From: Leptonemataceae bacterium
Lineage (GTDB): Bacteria > Spirochaetota > Leptospiria > Leptospirales > Leptonemataceae
DNA length: 64,000 nt
Direction: 5' to 3'
NCBI GenBank assembly: GCA_965227295.1
Contig: OZ245742.1
Coordinates: 896,001 to 960,000 of the forward strand
Shown: piece after piece, positions 32,093 to 41,812 of the stretch
How positions within the stretch are numbered: position 1 is the stretch's first letter
Layout of the letters: every line of letters starts with the position of its first letter
The notes under the pieces: model-generated
Told to the model about the DNA's origin: nothing
Seen by the model: only the letters and a program-made list of their open reading frames with translations
Database searches by the model: none
Made by a program: the position numbers and the translations under genes

Positions 32093-32514
32093 TGTTGTAC
32101 TTAACGTTCAAAGCGCTGCACTTTGTCGCGCTCATCGCCTGGTTCGCGGGGATGTTTTACATCTGGCGTTTGTTCGTATATCACGCGGAAACGGATTCCG
32201 AGCATGTGCGCAAAACCCTTGCGGTAATGGAACACAGGCTGTATCGCATCATCATGGTGCCCGCGTCGACGGCGACGTTGCTCTTCGGCCTGGCGACGCT
32301 CTCCCAGGTGCCGGCGCTGATGCAGAGCGCCTGGATCTGGGTGAAGCTCGCTTTCGTGGCCGGCCTGTTCGCGTTGCAGTTTCTCGCGAATCACTATCGC
32401 AAACGCCTGGGCGCCGGCGAACGTTTCGACTCGAAGCGTTTTCGAATCCTGAACGAGGTCCCGACGCTCATTCTAATTGCAGTGGTCTTGCTCGCGGTGT
32501 TCAAACCGTTTTGA
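32092..32514 (+). CDS. hemJ: Protoporphyrinogen IX oxidase HemJ
   Basis: KALH…WFAGMFY..RLFVYHAE, RLY..IM.P and NEVPT…KPF motifs. Confidence 0.9.
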   Translation: MLYLTFKALHFVALIAWFAGMFYIWRLFVYHAETDSEHVRKTLAVMEHRLYRIIMVPASTATLLFGLATLSQVPALMQSAWIWVKLAFVAGLFALQFLANHYRKRLGAGERFDSKRFRILNEVPTLILIAVVLLAVFKPF

Positions 32515-32531
32515 TTAAAGGAGATTGGATC

Positions 32532-33056
32532 ATGTCCGAAGAAACACATCCGCACGTCGTTCACGTCGACGATCTGGAATGGGCCGACATCGGCAACGGG
32601 GCGAAGTTCTCGGCCCAGGGCAAACGCCTGGGCGCTCCGGCGGGAGCGGAGAAACTCGGCTGCAGCCTGTACGCGGTGGAACCGGGGAAGTGCGCCTTTC
32701 CATACCACGCCCACGCGCACAACGAAGAGGCCATCTACGTACTCGAAGGCGAAGGCACACTGCGCCTCGGCGGTACCGACGGTGAAAAAAAAGTCCCCGT
32801 CCGCGCCGGTCACTACGTGGTGTTACCGGGCAATCTCCAGGTGCCGCATCAGTTGATCAACACGGGCACCAGCACGTTGAAGTACCTCTGCTTTTCCACG
32901 ACGGTGTTGCCCGAGGTCCTGACGTATCCGGATTCACAAAAGGCCGGCATGATGGTCGACGGCGATCGCGCCCCGCAAAACTGGATGGTGTTTCGAGGCC
33001 GCGGCTTTAAGTTACTGAAAGATGCGGAGTCGCTACAGTACTTCGACGGCGAATGA
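32532..33056 (+). CDS. Cupin-domain protein
   Basis: PYHAHAHNEEAIYVLEG, PHQLIN and YPDS.K motifs. Confidence 0.88.
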   Translation: MSEETHPHVVHVDDLEWADIGNGAKFSAQGKRLGAPAGAEKLGCSLYAVEPGKCAFPYHAHAHNEEAIYVLEGEGTLRLGGTDGEKKVPVRAGHYVVLPGNLQVPHQLINTGTSTLKYLCFSTTVLPEVLTYPDSQKAGMMVDGDRAPQNWMVFRGRGFKLLKDAESLQYFDGE

Positions 33057-33086
33057 TCGCGGCGCCCGGCCGTGATCCGGCGGCGA

Positions 33087-34325
33087 TTACTCCGGGATCT
33101 CCACGAGTACCAGTGCCAGGTCGTCCGGCAACTCGGTGGTCCCGCTGTACTCGCTGCGATAGTCGAGCAGATCCTGGATGATGGCCTGGGGCGTCGACTC
33201 CGGGCGGCCGCGAATGAGGCCGGCGGCGTCTTGAAGATTTAGAGCGTTGCCCGCGGGATCGAAGGACTCTAACAGACAATCCGTGTACATTAAGACGCGG
33301 TCCCCGGGATTCAACTGGATGTTCTGGGCCTGGTAGGTAACACCGGAAAAGATGCCCACCATGGGTTGTGAGGTGTAGATCAGCCGCCCCTTTTCGCTGC
33401 CCCGGCGCACGACGAAGAGCGGCGGATGGCCGGCCGTGAGATACTGCATGCGATAGGAACGATCAATGCGAATCATGCAGAGCGTAATGTAATAATTCCC
33501 GCGGGTAATCTCCAGCAGCTCTTCGTTCAGTGCCGTGGTGATGGCGCCCAGGTCGTCGTTCAGCCCGCCGTTTTCCTGGAAGTCCAGCATGCGCTCGCGC
33601 CCGCGTTCTTCAAAGTGTTTCTTAAACAACGTTTTCGCGGCGATGGAGATGAGACTCGCGGCAACGCCGTGGCCCATGACGTCGCCGATGACGCCGTAAA
33701 AATCACGACCGGTCTCGTAGAATTCCCACATGTCCCCGCCGAGATTTTCCATGGCCTCGTAGAATCCGCCGCAGCGGACCAACTGAAAACGGGAGAAGTC
33801 TCGCGTGAACAACTGACTCTGTACTTTGCGCGCGATGCTCAGTTCGTTCTCCAGGGTTTGTTTTTGTTTTTCGAGCTGATCGTTCTGTTTCTCGATGGTG
33901 CCCAGGGCATCCTCGAGCTCGGTGGTGACCCGCACGAACTCGTCGTAGCCCGCGCGCATGGCCTCGGAATCCTCGCGGATGTCCGTGAGGTTCGTAAGGG
34001 AAATGAGATAGACCCCGGCATCGTTTTCCTGTTCCAGCAGATTGTGCTCCACACGCAGGAAAAGCGTTCGGCCGTCCCGGGCCCGGAATTCCACGTCCAT
34101 ATGCCGGCGCCGACCCTCGTGAATGAATCGAAAGAACTTGTAGGATTGGGCGGGGTCCGCAAAGAGCAGCTCTTCCCACTGCTCGCGATCGATTAACTCG
34201 GACTCAGTGTAACCTAAGAGCGCCCAGAAAGCCGCGTTGGCCCGACGAATCGTACTCCGATCCATGACGAACTGTGGAACCGGCGAACCGTTCCACAACT
34301 GCATGGGATCGGCGGCGATTTTCAT
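33087..34325 (-). CDS. PAS + coiled-coil + SpoIIE/PP2C phosphatase
   Basis: PAS (ANAAF..LLGYT), heptad linker, EL.IARKVQ, GGDMW, GDVMGHG, AGHPP, YTD and DDLAL motifs. Confidence 0.92.
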   Translation of the reverse strand: MKIAADPMQLWNGSPVPQFVMDRSTIRRANAAFWALLGYTESELIDREQWEELLFADPAQSYKFFRFIHEGRRRHMDVEFRARDGRTLFLRVEHNLLEQENDAGVYLISLTNLTDIREDSEAMRAGYDEFVRVTTELEDALGTIEKQNDQLEKQKQTLENELSIARKVQSQLFTRDFSRFQLVRCGGFYEAMENLGGDMWEFYETGRDFYGVIGDVMGHGVAASLISIAAKTLFKKHFEERGRERMLDFQENGGLNDDLGAITTALNEELLEITRGNYYITLCMIRIDRSYRMQYLTAGHPPLFVVRRGSEKGRLIYTSQPMVGIFSGVTYQAQNIQLNPGDRVLMYTDCLLESFDPAGNALNLQDAAGLIRGRPESTPQAIIQDLLDYRSEYSGTTELPDDLALVLVEIPE

Positions 34326-34702
34326 ACACCCCGAACGTTGGTGAATTTGGACTTCTTTGCAATGACGTCCAGGGCCCGAAAAGAGGCGGTCTGAACCTTA
34401 CGCGACGAGTCATAGCGAAACTCGCACTTGATCTCGCGATCGGCACATTCGCGCAAGAGATGGATGAGCGGCGGGATGCTCGCGGAGTTCATGTAGTCAA
34501 GGTTCGAGAAATCACAGACGAGAGACAGGGCGTCGCTCTCCAGGTCTTCCAGCAACAGATCAAAGTACTGGTCCAGGTACTCGGCAGGATCTGCGGCGTG
34601 GATGGAACCGCTCCAGACCAGGACGAGGCTGCGCTGCTTTTCCACGGCCTCTTCCCGAACTTCGATTTCGAGTTCCTCGACTTTGAGATTCTTGAGTTGC
34701 AT
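34322..34702 (-). CDS. STAS/SiaC-like partner-switch protein
   Basis: LVWSGSI…P..YL..YF…CDFSNLDYMNSASI resembles the SiaC YLNTSS phospho-loop. Confidence 0.7.
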   Translation of the reverse strand: MQLKNLKVEELEIEVREEAVEKQRSLVLVWSGSIHAADPAEYLDQYFDLLLEDLESDALSLVCDFSNLDYMNSASIPPLIHLLRECADREIKCEFRYDSSRKVQTASFRALDVIAKKSKFTNVRGV

Positions 34703-34738
34703 GAACGCTCTATGTTTATGTCCGGCCCACGCAGTGTT

Positions 34739-35206
34739 TCATGGATCCAGGGGCCGTCGCGCAACGATCGTAACCGTATCGTCGTCGCCCGTTTCGCAAT
34801 CCAGCGAAAATTCACCCTCATACGCGACGCGAATCAAGCCCATGCGACTGAAACCGTCAGGGTTGTCTCGAATCTGCTCCAGTCGCTCTACGTATAGATC
34901 AAAAGGATTAGATGATTGAATGCGCTTCAGCGTACGGAACAGGGCCTCGCGGTTTTCGGCGTTGTGCGCGGTATTTTTGACGCGAATTTCACAGACCCCG
35001 TTCTCCGTTTCGAAGGAGAACTCCACGGGCTGCGGCTTCTCGCCGTCGGAGTATTTGAGACTATTCTCCACGAGCTCAATGGCCGCGAGCAACGCCGCCT
35101 CACGATAATCCCGCCCCCGGGCGGCCAGGACCTCATCCGCGTTGATGAGCTCTTTAATTTTCTGAATGATGTTCCACTCAGGATCTATTCTCAGCTTAAA
35201 CGCCAT
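34739..35206 (-). CDS. GHKL/SiaB-like kinase-type ATP-binding protein
   Basis: ELVENSLKYS N-box, IRVKN and SRMGLIRVAYE G-box-like motif. Confidence 0.72.
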   Translation of the reverse strand: MAFKLRIDPEWNIIQKIKELINADEVLAARGRDYREAALLAAIELVENSLKYSDGEKPQPVEFSFETENGVCEIRVKNTAHNAENREALFRTLKRIQSSNPFDLYVERLEQIRDNPDGFSRMGLIRVAYEGEFSLDCETGDDDTVTIVARRPLDP

Positions 35207-35265
35207 TTCTCTTTCTCCGACGATACTGATGCATTACACGACGACCGTTGCGTCCATCACAAACA

Positions 35266-36822
35266 TCATCTTACGCGCCGCACCAGGGCAAAACTCAAGT
35301 CGTCCTGTAGCACAGAGTCCCCGGCAAACTCTTCTACGGACTCCAAAATCGCGGCCTCGATGTCGTGCAACGGCCGACGTCCGTTCTGGATGAGTACGTG
35401 GCGCAACCGTTCGTCGCCGTAGAGTTCGTGGTTGCGGTTCATGATCTCCACGACGCCGTCCGTGTACAGAAACAGCAGGTCGTTGCGGTTCAGCTTGAAC
35501 TTACGGCGCTTGAGGTCGCCGGTAATATCTTCTTCGATGCCCAGCCACATGCCTTCCGTCGGCAGCGTTTCGATGTCCTGCTTCCGCCCGGCACGATAGA
35601 TCATGGTCTCTAAGTGCAGTCCGGAATATGTGAAGTTACCGGAGCGGTCCGCCCGGTAGAAGCAGCCGGTCATGTAGCGATGCTGCTTGAGCTTCGTGAT
35701 GTTATGATACAATATGCGATTCACCGCCGCGAAGGCCTCGTCCGGTTCCAGTTTCGGCATGAGATCCATGGCGGTGTGAATCGCGGTCTGGGCCATGAGC
35801 ATCGTCAACCCGGCGGAAAGGCCGTGGCCGGAAACATCGCCGATGAAGAACCAGTACATGGAACCGCGGGGACCCTTGACTTCGATGCAGTCGTAGTAAT
35901 CACCGCCGACTTCGTCCGCCGTGCGCATGTAGCCGAAGAACTCATACGGACCGTGCATGCCGTTGCCGGGCAGCAGCGAAAGCTGAATGCCCTGGGCGAT
36001 TTCGAATTCCCGCTTCATGGCCGCCTGGGTCGCGCGCTCCTGCTCCATGTCGCGCAAGTTCACCGACATGGTATTGAACGTGCGCGTTAGTTCTCCCACC
36101 TCGTCCGACGACTTCACGGCAACCTGAACGCCCAACTCGCCGCGAGAGATACTCGTGGCGGCCCGGGCCAGATCTTCAATGGGCTTTGAGATGCGCCGGG
36201 ACATAACGTACGAAACCACCACCGCAAGAACGATGATCACGGCCGAGGCGACGAGCACGATGGACTGCACCTCGTTCACCGGGCCGTAAACTTCATCGTA
36301 ATCGAACTCAAAGACACTGGCCCCGAGATAGATGCGCTCACCCTGATAATGAATAAAGATCGGCGCGGCGAAGCGCAGAACGGTCATGCCCCCGGGTGCC
36401 GTTATCTCCCGGATGTCGAGTTGCTTTTGTTTCGGATCGAGGTCACTCAGGCTTTGCAAGTACGCCTGGAGATCGGCCGCCGCATTCACACCGCTCCGAT
36501 CCTTTTGCGTATGCGCCACGATGCGGCCGTCACGATACACGACGTAGCTCTGCAACAGCCCGCGAATTTGACTATCTCCCAGGCTGCTCAGCGTGCGGCG
36601 CGTGTCGTCATAGATGTCGTTGAGCAACAGCTCGTCTTTCGAGATGCGCGAGATGTTCAGCGACAGATTCTCGCAGACGTCGTTGGTTTTTTCCAGCAGG
36701 ATGCGGCGATACTGAAAGATGGTGATCGACGACAGAATCGCCGTGCTCAAGACCGCAACAAGTGCGGTCAATATCATCAGTTTCTCTTTGATGCGCAGGA
36801 AACGATCGAAGTAATTCAGCAC
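35266..36822 (-). CDS. Membrane sensor phosphatase: TM-Cache-like-TM-HAMP-SpoIIE (SiaA-like architecture)
   Basis: Two TM segments, HAMP (KPI..L…DEVGEL..FN.M), VGGDYYD, GDVSGHG, LYTDG and DDLS motifs. Confidence 0.92.
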   Translation of the reverse strand: MLNYFDRFLRIKEKLMILTALVAVLSTAILSSITIFQYRRILLEKTNDVCENLSLNISRISKDELLLNDIYDDTRRTLSSLGDSQIRGLLQSYVVYRDGRIVAHTQKDRSGVNAAADLQAYLQSLSDLDPKQKQLDIREITAPGGMTVLRFAAPIFIHYQGERIYLGASVFEFDYDEVYGPVNEVQSIVLVASAVIIVLAVVVSYVMSRRISKPIEDLARAATSISRGELGVQVAVKSSDEVGELTRTFNTMSVNLRDMEQERATQAAMKREFEIAQGIQLSLLPGNGMHGPYEFFGYMRTADEVGGDYYDCIEVKGPRGSMYWFFIGDVSGHGLSAGLTMLMAQTAIHTAMDLMPKLEPDEAFAAVNRILYHNITKLKQHRYMTGCFYRADRSGNFTYSGLHLETMIYRAGRKQDIETLPTEGMWLGIEEDITGDLKRRKFKLNRNDLLFLYTDGVVEIMNRNHELYGDERLRHVLIQNGRRPLHDIEAAILESVEEFAGDSVLQDDLSFALVRRVR

Positions 36823-36882
36823 CGTCCCCGGATCAAACGATGGCCCGCGTGAATTTCAACTATATTTCGGCGCGGCGCGAGA

Positions 36883-38451
36883 TCAGAACGTCTGTGTAAC
36901 CGAGGCCTGCACCTCGTAGAGATCGTCGCCGTACTCGACGTCCTGCCAGACCTTGTAGCCCGTGGCCGCATTGAACCAGCCGAGTTTCGCCTGGAAGTTC
37001 AGATCGCTGAAGACCGTGTAATCGAAACGCAGGTTCCATTCCTCACCGAGAAATTTGTCCGGATCGTTCTGCCGGAGATAGCGCGTGTAAGTGGAGTTCG
37101 CGTCGATGTTCGGCGTGCGATAGGCGTCCAGGCGATAATAATCGATGCGGCCGACCAGGCTGTCGAGGAGACGCATTTTTACGCGCGCGCCCACGGCCTG
37201 CACGCCCGTGAGTCGGCCCAGGCTGAACACGCTGTACCCGCCGGACGAATCCACGCCGAGTTCACTGAACTGGTAGGCCTGGCCCGCCGTGCGAAACTGA
37301 TCCGGCCGGTAATCGACGTCCGAGCCGTCGGGCTCGGTATCGCCGGGCAGGCGTCCGGAACCGCCGGCATACAGCACCGAAACTTCCACACGATCACTTA
37401 CAGGATACTTGAACGACGCCTCCCCGGCGCCGGCGTTCACACGATACTCTTCGCGGAGCGGCGGCTGGAGGGCCTCGGTAAAGTAAGATTGCAGCGGATC
37501 GTCGTCGTTCGCGGCGATGGCTGAGAGTTTCGGGTCCTCGCTCAACGGACGTTCGAAACGTCCCCAGTTGCCGACGCCGTGGAGCATTAACTCGCCCGCC
37601 CCGATCTTAATGGTAACGTAGAGACCACCCCAGTACATGCGCGAAGTCTCTTCGGAGCTGTCGGTAGGATCTTCCGTGGAGGGATCGTTGTCGTTGCGAT
37701 AGACGCCGTAGAGCTCCGTCTGAAAGTCCCGAAACGTCGACCACTTCCAGCGCAACACGCCCTGATTGATGTCGCTGTAGTTCTCGTCGGAAAACCCGTT
37801 CGAGTCGTCGTCGATGCGCGAGTTGTCGATGCTGCGGATGTAGATGGCTTCGAAGCCGGAGTCGATGGCCTCCACCTCGTGCTGCAAACGCACACCGGCA
37901 CCGCTGGTCGCCGTGACGACGCCGCTCGGAGTGGAAAACGGGAAGACCCCGACCTCGGCGCTCGTGGTGTCGGCTTTGTTGTGAAACTTTAAGATCAACT
38001 GGCGGGTTTCCAGGTTCGTGCGCCCGGAGCCGCGTCCGCCGGTACCCGGCCCCGAATTGTCGGTTTCGTCCCTTCCGAACGTAATGTCCCCGACCTCGAG
38101 GCCGTAGAGGATGTCCACGTAGGACGACGGCCGAAACGCCAGGTTGAGGCGAAAGCGAATGCTGTAAAAGTCCTGACTCTCCTTGTTGTCGGAACGATTG
38201 CAGGTCTCCGGTAACGTCTCGCACAGAAAGTACTCGTAGTAACCCTGCTCCGTGCGACGACCCTCGTCTTCGTCCACCGGCGGAGAGGGCAGCGGCAGGT
38301 CCCGCTGAATGTAGATGCCCCGACCGAAGACGCTGCCGTCGTAGTCGAAGCGTTCCAGGAGTTCGGTGTCCTGAGCCTGGAGAGAATGATACGGCACCGC
38401 GAGAAGGAACGCGGCGACGAGAAGAAGGCTTCCTGCAAATCGATACATCAT
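36883..38451 (-). CDS. Outer-membrane beta-barrel (porin-like) protein
   Basis: Signal peptide (LQA/Q), amphipathic beta-strand patterns and C-terminal Phe (ASVTQTF). Confidence 0.72.
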   Translation of the reverse strand: MMYRFAGSLLLVAAFLLAVPYHSLQAQDTELLERFDYDGSVFGRGIYIQRDLPLPSPPVDEDEGRRTEQGYYEYFLCETLPETCNRSDNKESQDFYSIRFRLNLAFRPSSYVDILYGLEVGDITFGRDETDNSGPGTGGRGSGRTNLETRQLILKFHNKADTTSAEVGVFPFSTPSGVVTATSGAGVRLQHEVEAIDSGFEAIYIRSIDNSRIDDDSNGFSDENYSDINQGVLRWKWSTFRDFQTELYGVYRNDNDPSTEDPTDSSEETSRMYWGGLYVTIKIGAGELMLHGVGNWGRFERPLSEDPKLSAIAANDDDPLQSYFTEALQPPLREEYRVNAGAGEASFKYPVSDRVEVSVLYAGGSGRLPGDTEPDGSDVDYRPDQFRTAGQAYQFSELGVDSSGGYSVFSLGRLTGVQAVGARVKMRLLDSLVGRIDYYRLDAYRTPNIDANSTYTRYLRQNDPDKFLGEEWNLRFDYTVFSDLNFQAKLGWFNAATGYKVWQDVEYGDDLYEVQASVTQTF

Positions 38452-38488
38452 CGGCTTATGTTAACTATTCCTCAGCGAAGGTTACGCC

Positions 38489-39439
38489 TTATTTCACCCA
38501 GGCGTCGCTTTCCAGGTATTTACGCCGCAGCGCCTCCAGCCGGCCGGTCCGCTGCATCTCTTTAATGAAAAAGTTCATGTACTGTAGAAATTCGGCGTCG
38601 CCGTAGGCGATGACCGGGCACAGGTGTTCCTCCTGGTAAGAGCCGGTAATCGCCACCGCCCGGGTAAGATACTTACCTTCGCGCAGGGTGAGCGCCTGGA
38701 TGTAAACGCCGTCGGCAATGATCGCATCGATGCGACGATTGTCAAAGGCTTCCAGAAGCGCGAACCGATCGGGGAACGGTTCGATGTTGTGTTTTTCGAA
38801 TTGCGGGTCCGAGCGGAGAATGTCTTCGTTCGTGGTGTTCTCGATGACGCCCAGGGCCAGGCGGTCCAGGAAGCGCAAATCCCCCAGAGACTTAAACTTA
38901 CGCTGAGGAAAATCTACGGAGCCGGACTCCGAGGGCAGGCTTTCCCGGGACAACAGAGCGGCCGGCGTGGTGATCAGGTACGGATCGGCAAAACGTACGT
39001 GCCGCGCGCGTCGCAGCGTACTGGAAATGCCGCCGAAGGCCACGTCGATTTCGCCTTCCTGCAACATTTGAAAGAGCTCGTGGATGTTGCCGTACTTCCA
39101 CTCGACGTTGATATCCATCATGGCCTCGCCCAGGGCGTTGCCGAGTTCGACATCGATGCCTGGGTGACCGTCTTTGGGATCTTTGATCCGAAACGGATGA
39201 TAATCCTCGTGCGTTCCGACGCGCAACGTCCCGCGCTGAAATATGGAACGCAACTTCGGACTGGTGGTCGGGAAATGCGCCAGTCCTTCGGTCTCGGTAA
39301 TTGCTTCCGAAGTAGTCGAATCCAGACGCCCATCCTGCTGGGACTGGAGACTTGTGACGGCGAGCGGGGAAAAAGCGAATGCGGCAACGAGGCAGACGAG
39401 CGGTCCAAAGACCGACCGCGCGGAGAGAACACGAAGCAT
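38489..39439 (-). CDS. Periplasmic solute-binding protein, family 3 (polar amino-acid type)
   Basis: Signal peptide; RGTLRVG…Y.PF…GIDVEL, GEID, S.T..R and L..KYL motifs; start set at ATG 39439. Confidence 0.85.
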   Translation of the reverse strand: MLRVLSARSVFGPLVCLVAAFAFSPLAVTSLQSQQDGRLDSTTSEAITETEGLAHFPTTSPKLRSIFQRGTLRVGTHEDYHPFRIKDPKDGHPGIDVELGNALGEAMMDINVEWKYGNIHELFQMLQEGEIDVAFGGISSTLRRARHVRFADPYLITTPAALLSRESLPSESGSVDFPQRKFKSLGDLRFLDRLALGVIENTTNEDILRSDPQFEKHNIEPFPDRFALLEAFDNRRIDAIIADGVYIQALTLREGKYLTRAVAITGSYQEEHLCPVIAYGDAEFLQYMNFFIKEMQRTGRLEALRRKYLESDAWVK

Positions 39440-39491
39440 GATCCACAAATAATCGATCAAACGTAGATTGCAAAGACCTTTTTGCAAAACA

Positions 39492-40181
39492 TCACGCGAC
39501 GATTGTTTGGTTATTGTAAGCGCACGTTCCTTTGACGGGACACTCGCCGCACCGCGGCTCGCGTTTGCGGCACACCTGCGCACCGAGACGCACAATCTGC
39601 GCATGATATTCACCGAGATGCCGCGTAAGTTCGGCACCGCTGTACCGTCGGCGAAACTCACGTTCGACAGCGACACGCAGCAACTCGTACTTACCGAGGT
39701 CCGCACGGCGCCGCGGATCATAACGCTCCAGCCAGCGGAACGTATACGCATCCACCACGAAGAACGGAAGATCGAAAGCGTAACACAGAAACGAGTCCGC
39801 CGTTTCCGGGCCGACGCCGCGGATTTCCAGCAACTCCGCACGCAGAGCATCGGCATTGCCGGAGAAAGCCCGGCGAACCCGCGCGGCAGAGTAACCGTAG
39901 CGAGCATACCAGGCGAGCACCGCCTTAAGTTTGCGCGCCTTATCGTTAAAGTAACCGGAGCTGCGAATCAACGGGGCAATCTCCTCGGCTGAGAGCGCGT
40001 CCAGGTTTCGGGGCGTGAGCAGTTTGCGGCTGCGCAGTTCGGCGAGCGCCTTCGACGCGTTCGTCCAGGCCGTGTTCTGCACGAGGATCGCCCCGGCCAT
40101 AACCTCGAACTTCGTCTTCGCCGGCCACCAGTTCCGCGCCCCGAAATCTTTCAGGAGTTTGTGATACGTGCGCAGGAACAT
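39492..40181 (-). CDS. Endonuclease III-related HhH-GPD protein
   Basis: GAILVQNTAW, IRGVGPETAD HhH, VVDAYT and C-terminal CxxxxPxCxxCPxxxxC Fe-S motif. Confidence 0.9.
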   Translation of the reverse strand: MFLRTYHKLLKDFGARNWWPAKTKFEVMAGAILVQNTAWTNASKALAELRSRKLLTPRNLDALSAEEIAPLIRSSGYFNDKARKLKAVLAWYARYGYSAARVRRAFSGNADALRAELLEIRGVGPETADSFLCYAFDLPFFVVDAYTFRWLERYDPRRRADLGKYELLRVAVEREFRRRYSGAELTRHLGEYHAQIVRLGAQVCRKREPRCGECPVKGTCAYNNQTIVA

Positions 40182-40191
40182 CTATTAACAT

Positions 40192-41016
40192 CTACGAAAA
40201 GTACCTTACGGGATTCGTGGAGAGCGACGTCAGTTGCACCGGGAGGTGCGGGAACTCTTTGCGCAGATAATCCCGGAGGATTTCACTCGTGAACTGCTCG
40301 GATTCGAAGTGACCGATGTCGCAGTACAGCAGACGCCCCAGGGCATCGAAGAATTTATGATACGTTACATCCGCCGTAACAAAGGCGTCGGCGTTCCGGC
40401 GCAGGGCCGCATCCAACAAAAACGAACCGGCGCCGCCGCACACCGCCACCGTTTCCATGCGCGCGTTCGGATTTTCCCGCGGCGCGTAGCGGATGCCCCG
40501 GCAATCGAAGGCGTCCCGCAGTAATTCCAGCAGCGCCGTATCTCCGGCGAGGGGCTCCGGCAACCGACCGATCATGCCAGAACCGGCCTCGCAAAAAGTG
40601 CCGGCCGGCGGTGTCTCGCCGGGCTTCGGTTCAAGGAAGTCCGCGTCCACCAGACCCAGGCGATCGACGATGGTACGATTGACACCGCTGCGAATGTTGT
40701 CCAGATTCGTGTGGCAGGCGTAGAGCGAAAGGCCGTTGCGTACTGCGAAGAGAATCTGCCGGCTCACGAAATCATCACCACGCAGGTGCCGCCGCGAGCG
40801 AAACCAGATCGGATGATGACTGATGACCAGATTCGCGCCGACCTCGACGGCTTCGGCCAGTACGGCCGGCGTAATGTCCAGAGCGATGAGCACGGCCTGC
40901 ACCGGCGTTTCGGCTTCGCCGACGAGCAGACCAACGTTATCGTAGTCTTCGGCCAGGTGCTTCGGAGCGAGGCGCTCAAGACAGCGGGCCACTTCGGCGT
41001 TCGTGAGTGTTGGCAT
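40192..41016 (-). CDS. Nif3-like dinuclear metal-centre protein
   Basis: DNVGLLVG, SHHPI, HTNLD, CGGAG and DIGHFESE motifs. Confidence 0.93.
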   Translation of the reverse strand: MPTLTNAEVARCLERLAPKHLAEDYDNVGLLVGEAETPVQAVLIALDITPAVLAEAVEVGANLVISHHPIWFRSRRHLRGDDFVSRQILFAVRNGLSLYACHTNLDNIRSGVNRTIVDRLGLVDADFLEPKPGETPPAGTFCEAGSGMIGRLPEPLAGDTALLELLRDAFDCRGIRYAPRENPNARMETVAVCGGAGSFLLDAALRRNADAFVTADVTYHKFFDALGRLLYCDIGHFESEQFTSEILRDYLRKEFPHLPVQLTSLSTNPVRYFS

Positions 41017-41109
41017 GGCGTTTGATACGGGGATCCCCGGAACGCAGTGTCAACGAATTGTGCCGTGAAAAATGCAGCATCTGCAACCAGGGCGCCGATA
41101 ATAAACCAC

Positions 41110-41304
41110 ATGGACCCTCGCTACAAGATCTGGGGCCGTGTGGTTCGCATGAGCCATCATCTCGCCGGCATCTGCGATGTCGTGGCCCGGGACCTGGTGT
41201 ACAATCGCGAACGGCGCGAAGCCTGGTTCGCCCGGACCATCGCGTGGAAGCGGGCCCGAATGCTGGAACGCGACACCGACACACAAGACCGCGCTGCTTC
41301 CTGA
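41110..41304 (+). CDS. Small hypothetical protein (64 aa)
   Basis: ATG ORF in an otherwise empty gap; no recognisable motif. Confidence 0.35.
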   Translation: MDPRYKIWGRVVRMSHHLAGICDVVARDLVYNRERREAWFARTIAWKRARMLERDTDTQDRAAS

Positions 41305-41444
41305 TCTCCGCATCTCCAGGCTGAAGTATTTACACTATTACACCGTTCTACATATTCAGAACGTGTATTCTCCGCTCCGCGAAATATGCTCGTAAAAAAG
41401 TGATTGCGGGACTATTTCACCGGTTTAACTGAGCACATACCATT

Positions 41445-41783
41445 ATGGAAGTCTCCTGGGAATCCGTAGACGGTGCATGGGTTGTCCGATTGGGCGGGCG
41501 GCTTGATGTTTCCAAATCCGAAGAGCTGGAACGCATCCTCGGAGACATGCTCAACCAGGAACCGCGCCCGCTCATCGTGAACCTGGAAGATGTGTCGTAT
41601 CTCTCGTCGTCGGGAATCGGCGTGCTTCTCGGTATTTACCGCCAGTTGAAAGAACTGGACATGAAGCTCGTGCTCTGCCAGGTCTCACCGGCCGTCGAGA
41701 AGCTGCTCGAAGTCGTCGAGCTCAGCCAGGTTTTCCCCATTTTCGAGCGCGAATCCGAAGCCGTCGCCGCCGTGAAGCCGTAG
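41445..41783 (+). CDS. STAS-domain anti-sigma factor antagonist
   Basis: LGGRLD and VNLEDVSYLSSSGIG motifs. Confidence 0.92.
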   Translation: MEVSWESVDGAWVVRLGGRLDVSKSEELERILGDMLNQEPRPLIVNLEDVSYLSSSGIGVLLGIYRQLKELDMKLVLCQVSPAVEKLLEVVELSQVFPIFERESEAVAAVKP

Positions 41784-41812
41784 CGCTCGCGCCCATTCCG
41801 CAGGTTTTTCCT

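Noticed and set aside
39440-39907. Extension of the solute-binding protein ORF
   Set aside because: Overlaps the endonuclease III-like gene in another frame; the signal peptide starts near 39439.
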